In this document: piece by piece, positions 40,533 through 49,944 of the stretch
Layout: each line of letters begins with the position of its first letter
Numbering within the stretch: the stretch's first letter is position 1
Source: Candidatus Omnitrophota bacterium
GTDB lineage: Bacteria; Omnitrophota; Gorgyraeia; B26-G9
Direction of reading: 5' to 3'
Assembly (NCBI GenBank): GCA_043805415.1
Contig: JAZDHZ010000014.1
Span: 10,393 to 74,392, forward strand
DNA: 64,000 nucleotides
Made by a program: the position numbers and the translations under genes
The notes under the pieces: model-generated
What the model saw: only the letters and a program-made list of their open reading frames with translations
What the model was told of the DNA's origin: nothing
The model's database searches: none

Positions 40533-40744
40533 ATTTACGCAGGTGAACGCTAGTTAATCCTTTCAAAAAATATCCTCCTGGTTTTTTAAGAACTTTAAAA
40601 AATTTCATGAGAGTTTCTCCCGAAGGCATTGTTATTCCTGTTTCATAACGAGAAATGCTCTTTTGTTTGGCTTTATTTTTTTTGCAAGCTAGGCAAGTTA
40701 TATGCAGGCTAGTTTATTTTTTTACCTAATTTCTTAGCATCCAT
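40533..40744 (-). pseudogene. Decayed XRE-family HTH regulator gene (paralog of 47529-47747) with internal deletion/frameshift
   Basis: Minus strand reads MDAKKLGKKIN-stop, then in another frame ...KQKSISRYETGITMPSGETLMKFFKVLKKPGGYFL. This matches the intact neighbour MDAKKLGKKIKLAR...KQKSISRYESGITMPSIETLMKIAKVLNKPAGNFL. About 14 nt of the HTH-coding part are missing. Confidence 0.5.
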
Positions 40745-40877
40745 ATTTTTCCTCTTTTAAAATGCGAGATAAGGAAGCGTTGCTTGATTAAACGATATTT
40801 ATTAATTTTTTCATAATACGTTTCTCTTTTCAATCAACGTCATTTTTTTCTCTCATTTAAATATCCCCCTCTTTAGC

Positions 40878-41390
40878 TTATGCAAGCAAAAGCTTGATTT
40901 GTTCAGCATTAAGATGTTTGGGCTCTTTATCTGAGATAGCTTTCCATGCTAACAACATTTCCTTATAGCGATTTAGTTTAGGAGCGTGAGAATTCATATC
41001 TGCTGACCGCTTAGGTAAAAATTTATTAGTTTCCCTTGCTTTACTTAGAAGGAATTCGGCATAACAATATTGTTCTGCTTCAAAGCTAAAGTCAAAGCCT
41101 TTAAATACTATTGCATCCTCATTAATATCAGCCTTATCTTCCAAATTCTCACATGACCATTGAATATCATTAAACATTGTTAAAATATCTTGAATTTCCT
41201 GATATTCTTCCACTGTCATTTGATTCTCTTCTATTGACATAAATAATTCTTCAAACTCTCTAAGATATCCCTTCTCTACTATTTTCTTTTTCTCAAGACA
41301 CAATTCTTTTTTTGAATCGCTAGAGTTTAAATATGCTAAAATTTCAAACTGGTTGGCAAGAATTAGTCTCTCACTTTTTGTTAATTCCAT
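40878..41390 (-). CDS. yfbU: YfbU-family protein (UPF0304/DUF1323)
   Basis: From internal Met: MELTKSERLILANQFEILAYL..., FKGFDFSFEAEQY, MLLAWKA align with E. coli YfbU (MEMTNAQRLILSNQY..., FLGFDAATEARY, MLNVWHA). Track ORF starts 13 codons upstream. Confidence 0.65.
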   Translation of the reverse strand: MELTKSERLILANQFEILAYLNSSDSKKELCLEKKKIVEKGYLREFEELFMSIEENQMTVEEYQEIQDILTMFNDIQWSCENLEDKADINEDAIVFKGFDFSFEAEQYCYAEFLLSKARETNKFLPKRSADMNSHAPKLNRYKEMLLAWKAISDKEPKHLNAEQIKLLLA

Positions 41391-41684
41391 TCCCCCCCCT
41401 TGTTTTATATTATGCTTGAATTTTATCACAAAAACTTCCTTTTAATCCACTCTTTTGGATCAGGCCACCATCCCGAGAAATCAAAAAATCTATATACATC
41501 ATTCATTTTAAAATCTCCTTTATTTTCTCCAAACCACAACATTTATAATATCTTCAATTACACACAACATTCAATCCCACCTACTCCAGTTTCCATTTTT
41601 AAAAATATATTTTCCCTCTATCGAAGCAGACAGGCTGTCTATGCCTTCAAGGCTTTTATTCTTCTCAATAATCTTTAAATCTCA

Positions 41685-43949
41685 TCAGAGAATCCCTACA
41701 AATTCAGCTACAAAATGCAGCTTTAATGAAATGTCACCATCCTTCTGATCAAAAACTAATGGTGAGTATGATTTATTTTTGGGAAGAAGCTCAACTCGAA
41801 TGTTAAAACCATCTTCTCCCTTATGACTTTGATATCCCTTAATTGTATACGATCCCCCCGTATGTGGATCTGGTTCTCCCTGATATTGAAAAAGATAAAT
41901 TCCTCCTCTTTGTGAATATGGTCCTGCAGGATTAGCTTTAAAAATACAATAGTCACCATTTTTTATTCTTGGTTCCATAGAATCTCCAACTGCGCGGACA
42001 ACAAACATCGTCTCATCTAATCCCTTTCGATCGACAAAAACCCATCTATCTTCTTTTACTTCCATCCCATCAGCAAATTTACCGCAGGCAGCAGCTAAGG
42101 AATAAACTGGTAGATATTTACTAGAATCTTCACCCTCTGGAATAACATCACTGAAAAACAAATCAGAAACCAGTCTATTGCCATTAACTGGAGTATCTCG
42201 AATATTTGAAAGCCACTCGTTAGCAAGGCTATCAATTCTATTCTTCCACCTGGGTCCTCTCTCATGCCGATATTCCAAACATGAAATAATTAACTTTAAG
42301 AGTTCCTCTGGATGAAACGGGTTTTTTAAAAATTCCCTTAAAACATCACGAAGTTGCCCTATTGTGAGCGGAACGATATTAATTTCGACCTCTTCATCAT
42401 TTGAGGTGTACCAACAATCTCTTCGAAAAGTTTCCGCAGTATTACTATTAATATCAGGTGCAAGAAAAAGACCATAAACTTCTTTATCTGACTCTTTAAC
42501 TATATCTGCTACATGCCTTCTTACTGTCTCACCTTCAGCTGCTTCTTGTCGTGATGAACTTGTTAGAGTAACTTCAATTACTAAAACAAAATTATCAAAT
42601 TCAAAAATCATATCAGGACCACCTCCAGGAGCTGGATGACGAGGCAGCATATCTTCATCAATAAGAAACCGTCTTGTGTTATGTGCTGGCACAGCAATAT
42701 GGTCAATGGCTAAAAACGCCCTCCACACAATCCACTCCAAATAAGTTGGAGGGTCAACAATATGCTTCATGGCTTGTCGTCTCCCCGTAGCAAAAGCATC
42801 CAAATATTCTAAAATATCAGTAACCGAGTCCTCATGCGCTTGTTCTATTGCAAATTTTTCCTCTTCACTTTGAGCAAATAATTCAATTAACTTATACCTC
42901 TCTTTTTCTAATATTCTAACATCAGTCTCAACTGATAAATTCTCTGCACTTTTCGGAACAGCTTTTCCATCATCTGTTAATTGTGATGCCAACTTTCCAA
43001 TTTCATGCAAAGCAAAAGAAGGATTATCCATTGGCAAAGATGAACCTCGATAAAATTCTTTTAAATATTCCACCTTTCCTTCTTCATGTAAAATCCGCGG
43101 TTCTTCTTCGAGAATAGCTTTTATAATATCAAGTTTGTTTTCCCTTAAAACAATGGCGCCACCTCTAAAAGATAACAATCCGGTCATCCTACTATAACGA
43201 ACTGTAGTATCGGCATAATCACCTAAAGTCCCGAATTGCACCCCGCCCTCAAGCCCTTTAGCTTCTAATATAGCCCTATCAAATGCTTTTAAGTTATTCC
43301 TGCCACTCACTTCACTTCGCCTTTGTCTATATTCAAGAATCTCTTTAACTGTCCTCTCCACCTCAGCAACATCATGTTTTCTAAACAATTGCAAAAAAGC
43401 CGCCATCTCAATTTTTTTTAAACCGCTTTGTTCCCGCTCTCTTAATACAAACAATACTTGCAGCAAGAAAATAAATGGCTTCATTATTTCACCCTGAAAA
43501 CTTGATTCAATCTGTGACGGAATCTCAAGACACCGCAATTGTCTTAAAAAAACATCTGAAATTGCACCACTAGAATCGGCATTCACCAATAGCTTTCCTG
43601 CTGGGGTCAACTCATAAAGCTTCCCCGATAATCCTAGATCCTGACAAAGTTCCTTAAATGAATCCTGAAATCCTTTATTAAATTTATCGGTAACAAAACC
43701 CAGCTTCACAAAAACATTTCTCCATTTCCTTCCAAACCAGGACGGCTCACTTCCTGCAGTGCTTATGATGCCCTCATCATGCAATTTTCTTGTAAACGCC
43801 GCCTCTTGTTCTGCGCCATATACATTTCCCTGAAAATGTTTAGCGAACACAATAAGACCTTCTTGAATCCTATTTGGATTTCGAACAGTTGTATTTCCTA
43901 AATCCCAAACTCTTCTCGGCATAAAACTCCTAGTATGCAACAAATACAT
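41685..43949 (-). CDS. Candidate type IIS restriction endonuclease partner of the adjacent two-domain MTase, with C-terminal LexA/S24-like (GDSMEP) beta-barrel domain
   Basis: 754-aa ORF overlapping the MTase stop by 20 nt (operon). C-terminal about 110 aa contains VGDSMEPRIKNGDYCIF, the S24 peptidase-fold signature. The N-terminal 600 aa is unassigned; calling it an endonuclease is an inference from context. Confidence 0.4.
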   Translation of the reverse strand: MYLLHTRSFMPRRVWDLGNTTVRNPNRIQEGLIVFAKHFQGNVYGAEQEAAFTRKLHDEGIISTAGSEPSWFGRKWRNVFVKLGFVTDKFNKGFQDSFKELCQDLGLSGKLYELTPAGKLLVNADSSGAISDVFLRQLRCLEIPSQIESSFQGEIMKPFIFLLQVLFVLREREQSGLKKIEMAAFLQLFRKHDVAEVERTVKEILEYRQRRSEVSGRNNLKAFDRAILEAKGLEGGVQFGTLGDYADTTVRYSRMTGLLSFRGGAIVLRENKLDIIKAILEEEPRILHEEGKVEYLKEFYRGSSLPMDNPSFALHEIGKLASQLTDDGKAVPKSAENLSVETDVRILEKERYKLIELFAQSEEEKFAIEQAHEDSVTDILEYLDAFATGRRQAMKHIVDPPTYLEWIVWRAFLAIDHIAVPAHNTRRFLIDEDMLPRHPAPGGGPDMIFEFDNFVLVIEVTLTSSSRQEAAEGETVRRHVADIVKESDKEVYGLFLAPDINSNTAETFRRDCWYTSNDEEVEINIVPLTIGQLRDVLREFLKNPFHPEELLKLIISCLEYRHERGPRWKNRIDSLANEWLSNIRDTPVNGNRLVSDLFFSDVIPEGEDSSKYLPVYSLAAACGKFADGMEVKEDRWVFVDRKGLDETMFVVRAVGDSMEPRIKNGDYCIFKANPAGPYSQRGGIYLFQYQGEPDPHTGGSYTIKGYQSHKGEDGFNIRVELLPKNKSYSPLVFDQKDGDISLKLHFVAEFVGIL

Positions 43950-45875
43950 ATTCTAGAACTCTATTAGCATTATCTCCCACTTTATGCCCATGAGTTCCAA
44001 ATGAGTATAGATGTTCTACTTGATGAACAATAACTTCATCTTTATATTTTTTAAGCAAATTAATCATCTGACTCTTCGAGGGTATAGAATTTGATGAATA
44101 CGAAACAACTAAAATGCTATCTTGAAATTTTTGAAACAATGAATCAAAAGCTGAAAAAATAGTATCTTTTGAAGAAAATGGCGTATTGTATTTTTCAAAC
44201 TTTTTTGTCTTTGTATGAAGCTGTATTTTTAAACCTTCCCATTGTCGAGTTAGTCCCTCAATAAAATGATAGCGCCGAGTATAATCATTATCTGAACTCT
44301 TAGAGCAATATGGAGGGTCTATATATACCAAATCAGCCTTAACATCTAATTTGAATATATCACCAGTAAATGATTCATTTTTAAACCCATTATTAAATAC
44401 CGCGTGATTAAAGGCTTCGACATTTTCCAAAAAATGTTGCCTCAAATCAATCTTCATATCTCTTCTTCCATCATCATATTTATGACCAACATAAGTAAAA
44501 ATTCCGCGTGCTCTACGCTTCAAACAGGCTCTATTTAAAGCGGAAAGGGCTAATGCCCTCTTGTATTCATTACCAAGCTGCTCAATTCTACTTCTCATTG
44601 AATCTAAAAATTGATTTTCCTCATCACTAAAATATAACCCCTTAAATGTTGTTGATATAAACTTATTATTTTTGAGATTATATGACAACAATATCTCTAC
44701 ATCTTTTTTATCCAACACGACTTTAGAATTTTGAATTAAAGCTTTGGAAAGTTGACCACAAAAAGACATAAAATCATTACTAATAACTTTTTTCTTTTGC
44801 TGTTTAAACATATACGACACACAAGCGCTACCAGAAAAAGCATCAATAACTGTGTCAAAAGGAAGGTCTTTTACGCAATCCCAAATAAATGGTAAAACCC
44901 TATATTTGCTACCCATAAAACGTGTACCTGGAAATTTCTCTAATATTTGTTTTCCTTGCAAAGAAAAATAAGAAGGCGTCTTTTTCTGCGGCTTAGTTGC
45001 TATAACTATAAGATCTTGCCCTGTTCTCGTTGCTGCATTACAACTAATATTTCGTCGAGTTTTAACTGCCTTATATTGAAAATTATCATACAGCTTACGA
45101 ACAAACTCAGCATTTGAATTGGTCAAAAGAACATAAACGCCTCTACCGACTAATTCAGAAACTAAATCCCTTAATTCAATATGGTCTTCCTCATAAAATA
45201 ATTCTTTTGTGTACCGCTTAAAATCTGAAAAACCTCCAACGGGATAATAAGGTGGGTCAAAAAAGACAAAATCTCCTTCCTCTGCATGTTTTTTTACAAC
45301 ACTAACATAATTATCACAAATCAAATTTACACCCTGCAATGCACGGTGCGCATTAAGCAATTTAACTTCTTCGCAAATTGTTGGATTCTTACGACTTCCA
45401 AAAGGAACATTAAATTTACCTTCTTTATTAACCCGATACAAACCATTATAACAAGTCTTGTTTAAAAAAATAAATCTGGCAGCTCTTTTTACAACACTTA
45501 ATTTATTAGGATTTTGTTGTCGTACCTTATAATAGACCTCTTCGTCGTTCTTATATTTTTTCAATGCCCCTATAAGATTATCAAGATCATCCCTCAAAAC
45601 CTTATAGCAGTTAACCAACTCTTCATTGCTATCAGATAAAATAGCTTTGGCAGGTAACAAACTAAAAAACAAAGCCCCTCCCCCAGAAATGGCTCGAAAT
45701 ATCTCTTATAAGAAGCTGGAACATATTTTTCCAACTCAGGAATAAGCTGTGTTTTTCCTCCAGCCCATTTCAAAAAAGGCTGACCTTTAAACTTTCCTAA
45801 TTTTTTTACTATGTTGTCTTGAGAATTATTCTTCATATACAAATTATCTGCTTTCGTTAATTCCTCTAAACTCAA
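43930..45875 (-). CDS. DNA adenine N6-methyltransferase with two Dam-like (D12 class) domains; reading frame interrupted in a G-run (frameshift or sequencing error)
   Basis: Two DPPY motifs (YFFDPPYYP and YIDPPYCS). The N-terminal [11 protein letters not shown]...YFEPFLGEG lies in ORF 45594-45875 and continues in another frame as (GGGA)[25 protein letters not shown] in ORF 43930-45672. The break is at gggggagggg, 45676-45685. Confidence 0.7.
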
Positions 45876-46159
45876 TATGAAACTCGAAAAACATTACCCA
45901 AAATAATTTATTCTTAAGCTTTATAGTCAGAAAAGAACAACGTTGTTTAATTAATATTGCCCTAATCCATTTTTCTTTTTCAATCAACAGCCATCTTATC
46001 ACTTACTTAAACATCTCTCTTACGCATTTTCTCTGCTTCTTTATAAAATATCTTTAGTCCGTCAATTCCTCGACCCATTACATGGTGTGACAACATCCGG
46101 AATAATCTAATCGCGCTTGCATTGTTATTCTTTATTTCTACCATGTATTGTTTGCTCTA

Positions 46160-46465
46160 TTAACTAATCAATTTATCAAACAACGTCCCACTCTTCCGTC
46201 CTCGAGCGTCAGTTTGAGTCATATTACGAAATGTGCTAAATTTATCGAGGATGTTACGAGCAAGGTCAATCGCGCTAGTACCCTTGGTCCCAGTGCGCAG
46301 AAGAATGGCCAAAAGCTCTGACTTACTCAAAGTTCTTGCCCCATTCTTGAGCAATTTCTCTCTGGGCCGATCATCTACTGGCCAATTCTTTATAGCTTGC
46401 TTATTAACTTTACTAATCTTTTTTTCTTTTTTCATTTTTATTTCCATAGCGAAGATTCTTTCCAA
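46160..46465 (-). pseudogene. RadC N-terminal (HhH) fragment; JAB/MPN domain missing
   Basis: WPVDDRPREKLLKNGARTLSKSELLAILLRTGTKGTSAIDLARNIL matches the RadC N-terminus; the ORF stops after 101 aa. Confidence 0.6.
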
Positions 46466-47328
46466 TTATCCGAAAATCCCATACTCCAGCGAGAAATCTC
46501 TGGATATTCATCAAGCAAGCTGCAAAGCCGCGCTTTCCAATTGCTTTGCGGTGCAATAATTTTTAACAAATAATGAAAAATTGTCAAAACTCCAAAGATT
46601 CTATTTTGACTTATAGCAACAGGTTCATGCCACTGCGGATATTTTTTCTTTCTCGGGATATATGGTTTAACTCCCATCTCTCTATTCCAAAGACGGCTAT
46701 GGTGCGCACATATATTGCGAATAACATTTATCGTCTTAAGCCATGATGTCAAAATCTCGTCAGGAATACCATAATGATTTGCTATCTTTTGTTTAATCTG
46801 ATCAGAAACCCCTCTATACATTGTCAACGCACAGCCAAACGACATAATCTCACCAGCCATCCAAAGCGGTAAATACTCATGACAATCTCCATATTTAACT
46901 TTAAAATGATCAACAAATTTTTCTTTACTTCGAGCCACCTCATCGGTAATAGTTTTTATTAAGCGCTCATGTTCTTCGGAAGTTAGTTTTGGAAAATTAG
47001 CTTGATTGGTGTAACCAGATGCTCCGATAGTATGGGCAAGAGTATAAATTAATTGAGTTTTAATGGAGACTTCAAATCTCTCGATAGCATCCATAACAAT
47101 TAAACGCAGCCTACGGTCAAATGTATAATGACGCCACACCTTTTGAAATGTAATACCTGATTTAAAATTATCGTTGGACTTGCGATAGGGATAAAGATAA
47201 CCGCTTAATCTGTAATAATTGACATTCTTTAAGCAATCAATCAGTAAAGCCTTGTCAACAATAAGACCGCGTTTAATTAATAGATCTGCCTGCGCTTCTA
47301 AAGTTAATGGGGGCTTAGTGTATTTCAC
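46438..47328 (-). CDS. Abi_2-family abortive infection protein (AbiD/AbiF type)
   Basis: Family hallmarks: N-terminal LIKRGL, NYYRLSGY; C-terminal VIRNICAHHSRLWNRE (RNxxAHH). Confidence 0.8.
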   Translation of the reverse strand: MKYTKPPLTLEAQADLLIKRGLIVDKALLIDCLKNVNYYRLSGYLYPYRKSNDNFKSGITFQKVWRHYTFDRRLRLIVMDAIERFEVSIKTQLIYTLAHTIGASGYTNQANFPKLTSEEHERLIKTITDEVARSKEKFVDHFKVKYGDCHEYLPLWMAGEIMSFGCALTMYRGVSDQIKQKIANHYGIPDEILTSWLKTINVIRNICAHHSRLWNREMGVKPYIPRKKKYPQWHEPVAISQNRIFGVLTIFHYLLKIIAPQSNWKARLCSLLDEYPEISRWSMGFSDNWKESSLWK

Positions 47329-47528
47329 AGCAAAGCCCCCTATAAAAGCAAAAACCCACCGGATTTCGCATGCTTTTCAGCAGAGGCGCGGCAGGTATGC
47401 TATTAATAATATACCTGATCTTGTTTAAAAAATCAAGTTTTTTAGTTTTGCTTGGCATTTACATTCCCTCAAGAATTTCGGCAAAATTTTATAAATTTTT
47501 TAAACTTTACAAAGCACTCTTAAAATCT

Positions 47529-47747
47529 TTACTCCTCTAAAAAATTCCCCGCTGGTTTATTAAGAACCTTGGCGATCTTCATTAGTGTTTCAATTGACGG
47601 CATGGTTATTCCGGATTCATAGCGTGAAATGCTTTTTTGCTTAGCATCGATTTTTTCTGCCAGCTCGGTTTGAGTTAAATCTGATTCCACGCGAGCCAAT
47701 TTAATTTTCTTGCCCAATTTTTTCGCGTCCATTTTCCTCCTTGACAA
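47529..47747 (-). CDS. XRE-family helix-turn-helix transcriptional regulator
   Basis: LTQTELAEKIDAKQKSISRYESG classic HTH_3 pattern; sits directly upstream of the Abi_2 gene. Confidence 0.8.
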   Translation of the reverse strand: MSRRKMDAKKLGKKIKLARVESDLTQTELAEKIDAKQKSISRYESGITMPSIETLMKIAKVLNKPAGNFLEE

Positions 47748-47921
47748 AGTATACCTAGAGAGTATACTTTAATTGTATCACGATAAGAGGTTATCCAAAG
47801 GGTTTCGTCCCGAGGTAATGCCTCTTTTTTTTATCTCTTTTAATATTCCAATTTTATATTTTAACCCATTCATAAATAACATCTGCGAAGCAAATTTTCT
47901 TAAAAAAAATTAAAATAACAC

Positions 47922-47950
47922 TTGACATTATATACCTTTAAAGGTATAAT
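47922..47950 (+). promoter_or_regulatory. Consensus sigma70-type promoter (TTGACA-17-TATAAT)
   Basis: Exact TTGACA at 47922-47927, 17-nt spacer, exact TATAAT at 47945-47950; about 230 nt upstream of the serine recombinase start. Confidence 0.4.
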
Positions 47951-48184
47951 TTAGTCATAAATAGAATATATAGTTTTTAGCTTATAGTGACTAATATATA
48001 CCTGTTTGAGGATAAAATCAAGGGCTATGAATAAGACCTGCACACAATCAGCTTTAATCAGAGAACCTCTTGATGCTTGTTCTGTGCAAAAGCTGTTAGA
48101 TGTAATTGTCGCAATCTTAGCTGAAGAATACATTACGACTGTCCGCCAGAATCCGAAAATTTTTCTTTTAAAGGGGGAGGTAAA

Positions 48185-49909
48185 ATGAAAGCAGCAATAT
48201 ATACCCGATATTCCTCGGAAAATCAAAGCGAGAAAAGTATTGATGATCAGGTCAGAGTTTGCAAAAACTATTGCCAAGATCATGATATTATTGTTTGCGA
48301 TGAACATATTTATATTGATGAGGCTGTATCCGGCTCTTTGATCAACCGCCCGGGATTGCAGGCTTTGGAAAGAGCCGCGGAGAGCAAGGAATTTGGCGCG
48401 GTGATTGTCGATGATTTATCCCGATTATCGCGCAGTAATCATCAAATGCTGACCTTGGTTTTAAAATTTAATTATTATCAGGTTACTTTGATCTCAGTTT
48501 CCGACGGTATTGTTACCGACGATGAAAACTCCAAGCTGGGCATTCAGATGCGCGGACTGATTAATGAATTATATTTAGATGATCTGCGCAAAAGAACCTT
48601 GCGCGGTTTGGAAGGTCAGAAATTGCGCGGATTCAGCGGCGGTGAAAATGTTTATGGCTATCTCTCTCAGCCTGTAGGCGAACTAAGACTTAATAAACGC
48701 GGACAAGCAAAATATGAAGGCAGAGTTCATAAAATCAATCCTGATGAAGCGGAAATTGTGCGCAGAATATTTAAAGAATTTATTGCCGGCGATAGTATTC
48801 ATCGCATTGTCCATAGGCTGAATGAGGATAAAATCCCAACCAAAAAACGGCTGATCGGCGGCTGGAATATATCCACTGTGTCGAGAATTCTTAAACATGA
48901 GAAATATATTGGTATTTGGGACTGGAGAAAATATAAGAACGTTAGAGATCCGATGACCGGTAAGAAAAAGGTTATCCGCCGGCCGGATAAAGACCGCTTG
49001 CCGCTATTTCGCGAAGATTTGATGATTATTGATAAAGACTCTTGGGAAAAAGTTCAAGACAGACAAAGCAAACTTAAAGGCACCTGGCCGGTAAGCAAGG
49101 AAAGAAAAACTGCTTGCCAGCAAAAAAGCTATGTACACACCAGCCCCACGCATTTATTCTCAGGATTTATGCACTGCAAACTCTGCAACAGCGCGATTGT
49201 CCTGATCAGCGGCAAAGGTTCAGGGTATTATGGCTGTTATAATGCCAAACGTAAGACCTGCACGAATACCCTGCTGATTTCCCGCAATAAAATCGAAGCA
49301 AAAATCATTCTAGCACTTAAAGAAGAAATCCTGACTTCAGAAAAAATTGATTATGTCTATCAGCAAGTGGAAAAAGCTGCTGCCGCAGGGCTTAATCAAG
49401 TCCCAGAATTAGTTAAGAAAAAGAAAGCCCTGCAATCAAAGCTTGAGCAGGAAATCCAAAATTATCTTAATTTTATTAAACTGGGGAATATGTCTAAAAC
49501 AATATCTGAGGCATTAAACCAAGCGGAAAAACAAAGCGAAGAGTTAAATAAGGAAGTTAATTCCCTGGAATTTCAAAAAGCAAACAGTTTTAAAGCTCCG
49601 CCTAAGGAGTGGATTGATCATCGCTTGGATACTTTAAGAGATACGCTGAATAAGAATGCAGTTGCTTCCGGACTGGCAATTAAGGAATTGCTGGGACCAA
49701 TCAAGCTTGAGCCGATTTTAAGCAAAGACGCTGACTTTTACCAGCTTTTAAGCGATAGCGAAAAAGCATTTAAGCCATATTATGTAGTGCATACAAAAAT
49801 TCAAACCCTTGCGCTATTAGATGATGAGCACAAGGGTTCGAATTGGTTTCAATGGCGGAGAGGCTGGGATTCGAACCCAGGGACCCAGTTGCCCAGGTCA
49901 ACTGCTTAG
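48185..49909 (+). CDS. Large serine recombinase (resolvase N-terminal domain + recombinase + zinc ribbon); ORF tail overlaps tRNA-Ser
   Basis: AIYTRYSSENQ (catalytic Ser region), LSRLSR, recombinase-domain and Cys-rich zinc-ribbon (CKLC...CYNAKRKTC) regions. The last about 19 codons (WRRGWDSNPGTQLPRSTA) are the antisense reading of the tRNA. Confidence 0.85.
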   Translation: MKAAIYTRYSSENQSEKSIDDQVRVCKNYCQDHDIIVCDEHIYIDEAVSGSLINRPGLQALERAAESKEFGAVIVDDLSRLSRSNHQMLTLVLKFNYYQVTLISVSDGIVTDDENSKLGIQMRGLINELYLDDLRKRTLRGLEGQKLRGFSGGENVYGYLSQPVGELRLNKRGQAKYEGRVHKINPDEAEIVRRIFKEFIAGDSIHRIVHRLNEDKIPTKKRLIGGWNISTVSRILKHEKYIGIWDWRKYKNVRDPMTGKKKVIRRPDKDRLPLFREDLMIIDKDSWEKVQDRQSKLKGTWPVSKERKTACQQKSYVHTSPTHLFSGFMHCKLCNSAIVLISGKGSGYYGCYNAKRKTCTNTLLISRNKIEAKIILALKEEILTSEKIDYVYQQVEKAAAAGLNQVPELVKKKKALQSKLEQEIQNYLNFIKLGNMSKTISEALNQAEKQSEELNKEVNSLEFQKANSFKAPPKEWIDHRLDTLRDTLNKNAVASGLAIKELLGPIKLEPILSKDADFYQLLSDSEKAFKPYYVVHTKIQTLALLDDEHKGSNWFQWRRGWDSNPGTQLPRSTA

Positions 49910-49944
49910 CAGGCAGCTCCGTTCGGCCACTCTGGCACCTCTCC
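49853..49944 (-). tRNA. tRNA-Ser (anticodon GCT), long variable arm
   Basis: Minus strand GGAGAGG...anticodon loop CTGCTAA...long extra arm...T arm GGGTTCGAATCCCAG...CCTCTCC-G-CCA. Confidence 0.85.

Noticed and set aside
26975-46200. Shared 13-mer CAAACAACGTCCC at 37372 and 46183 and related CATCAACGTCCC at 26981 as an independent motif
   Set aside because: Exact 13-mers are expected by chance in 64 kb of AT-biased sequence; the two longer copies are already explained by the RadC-fragment repeat
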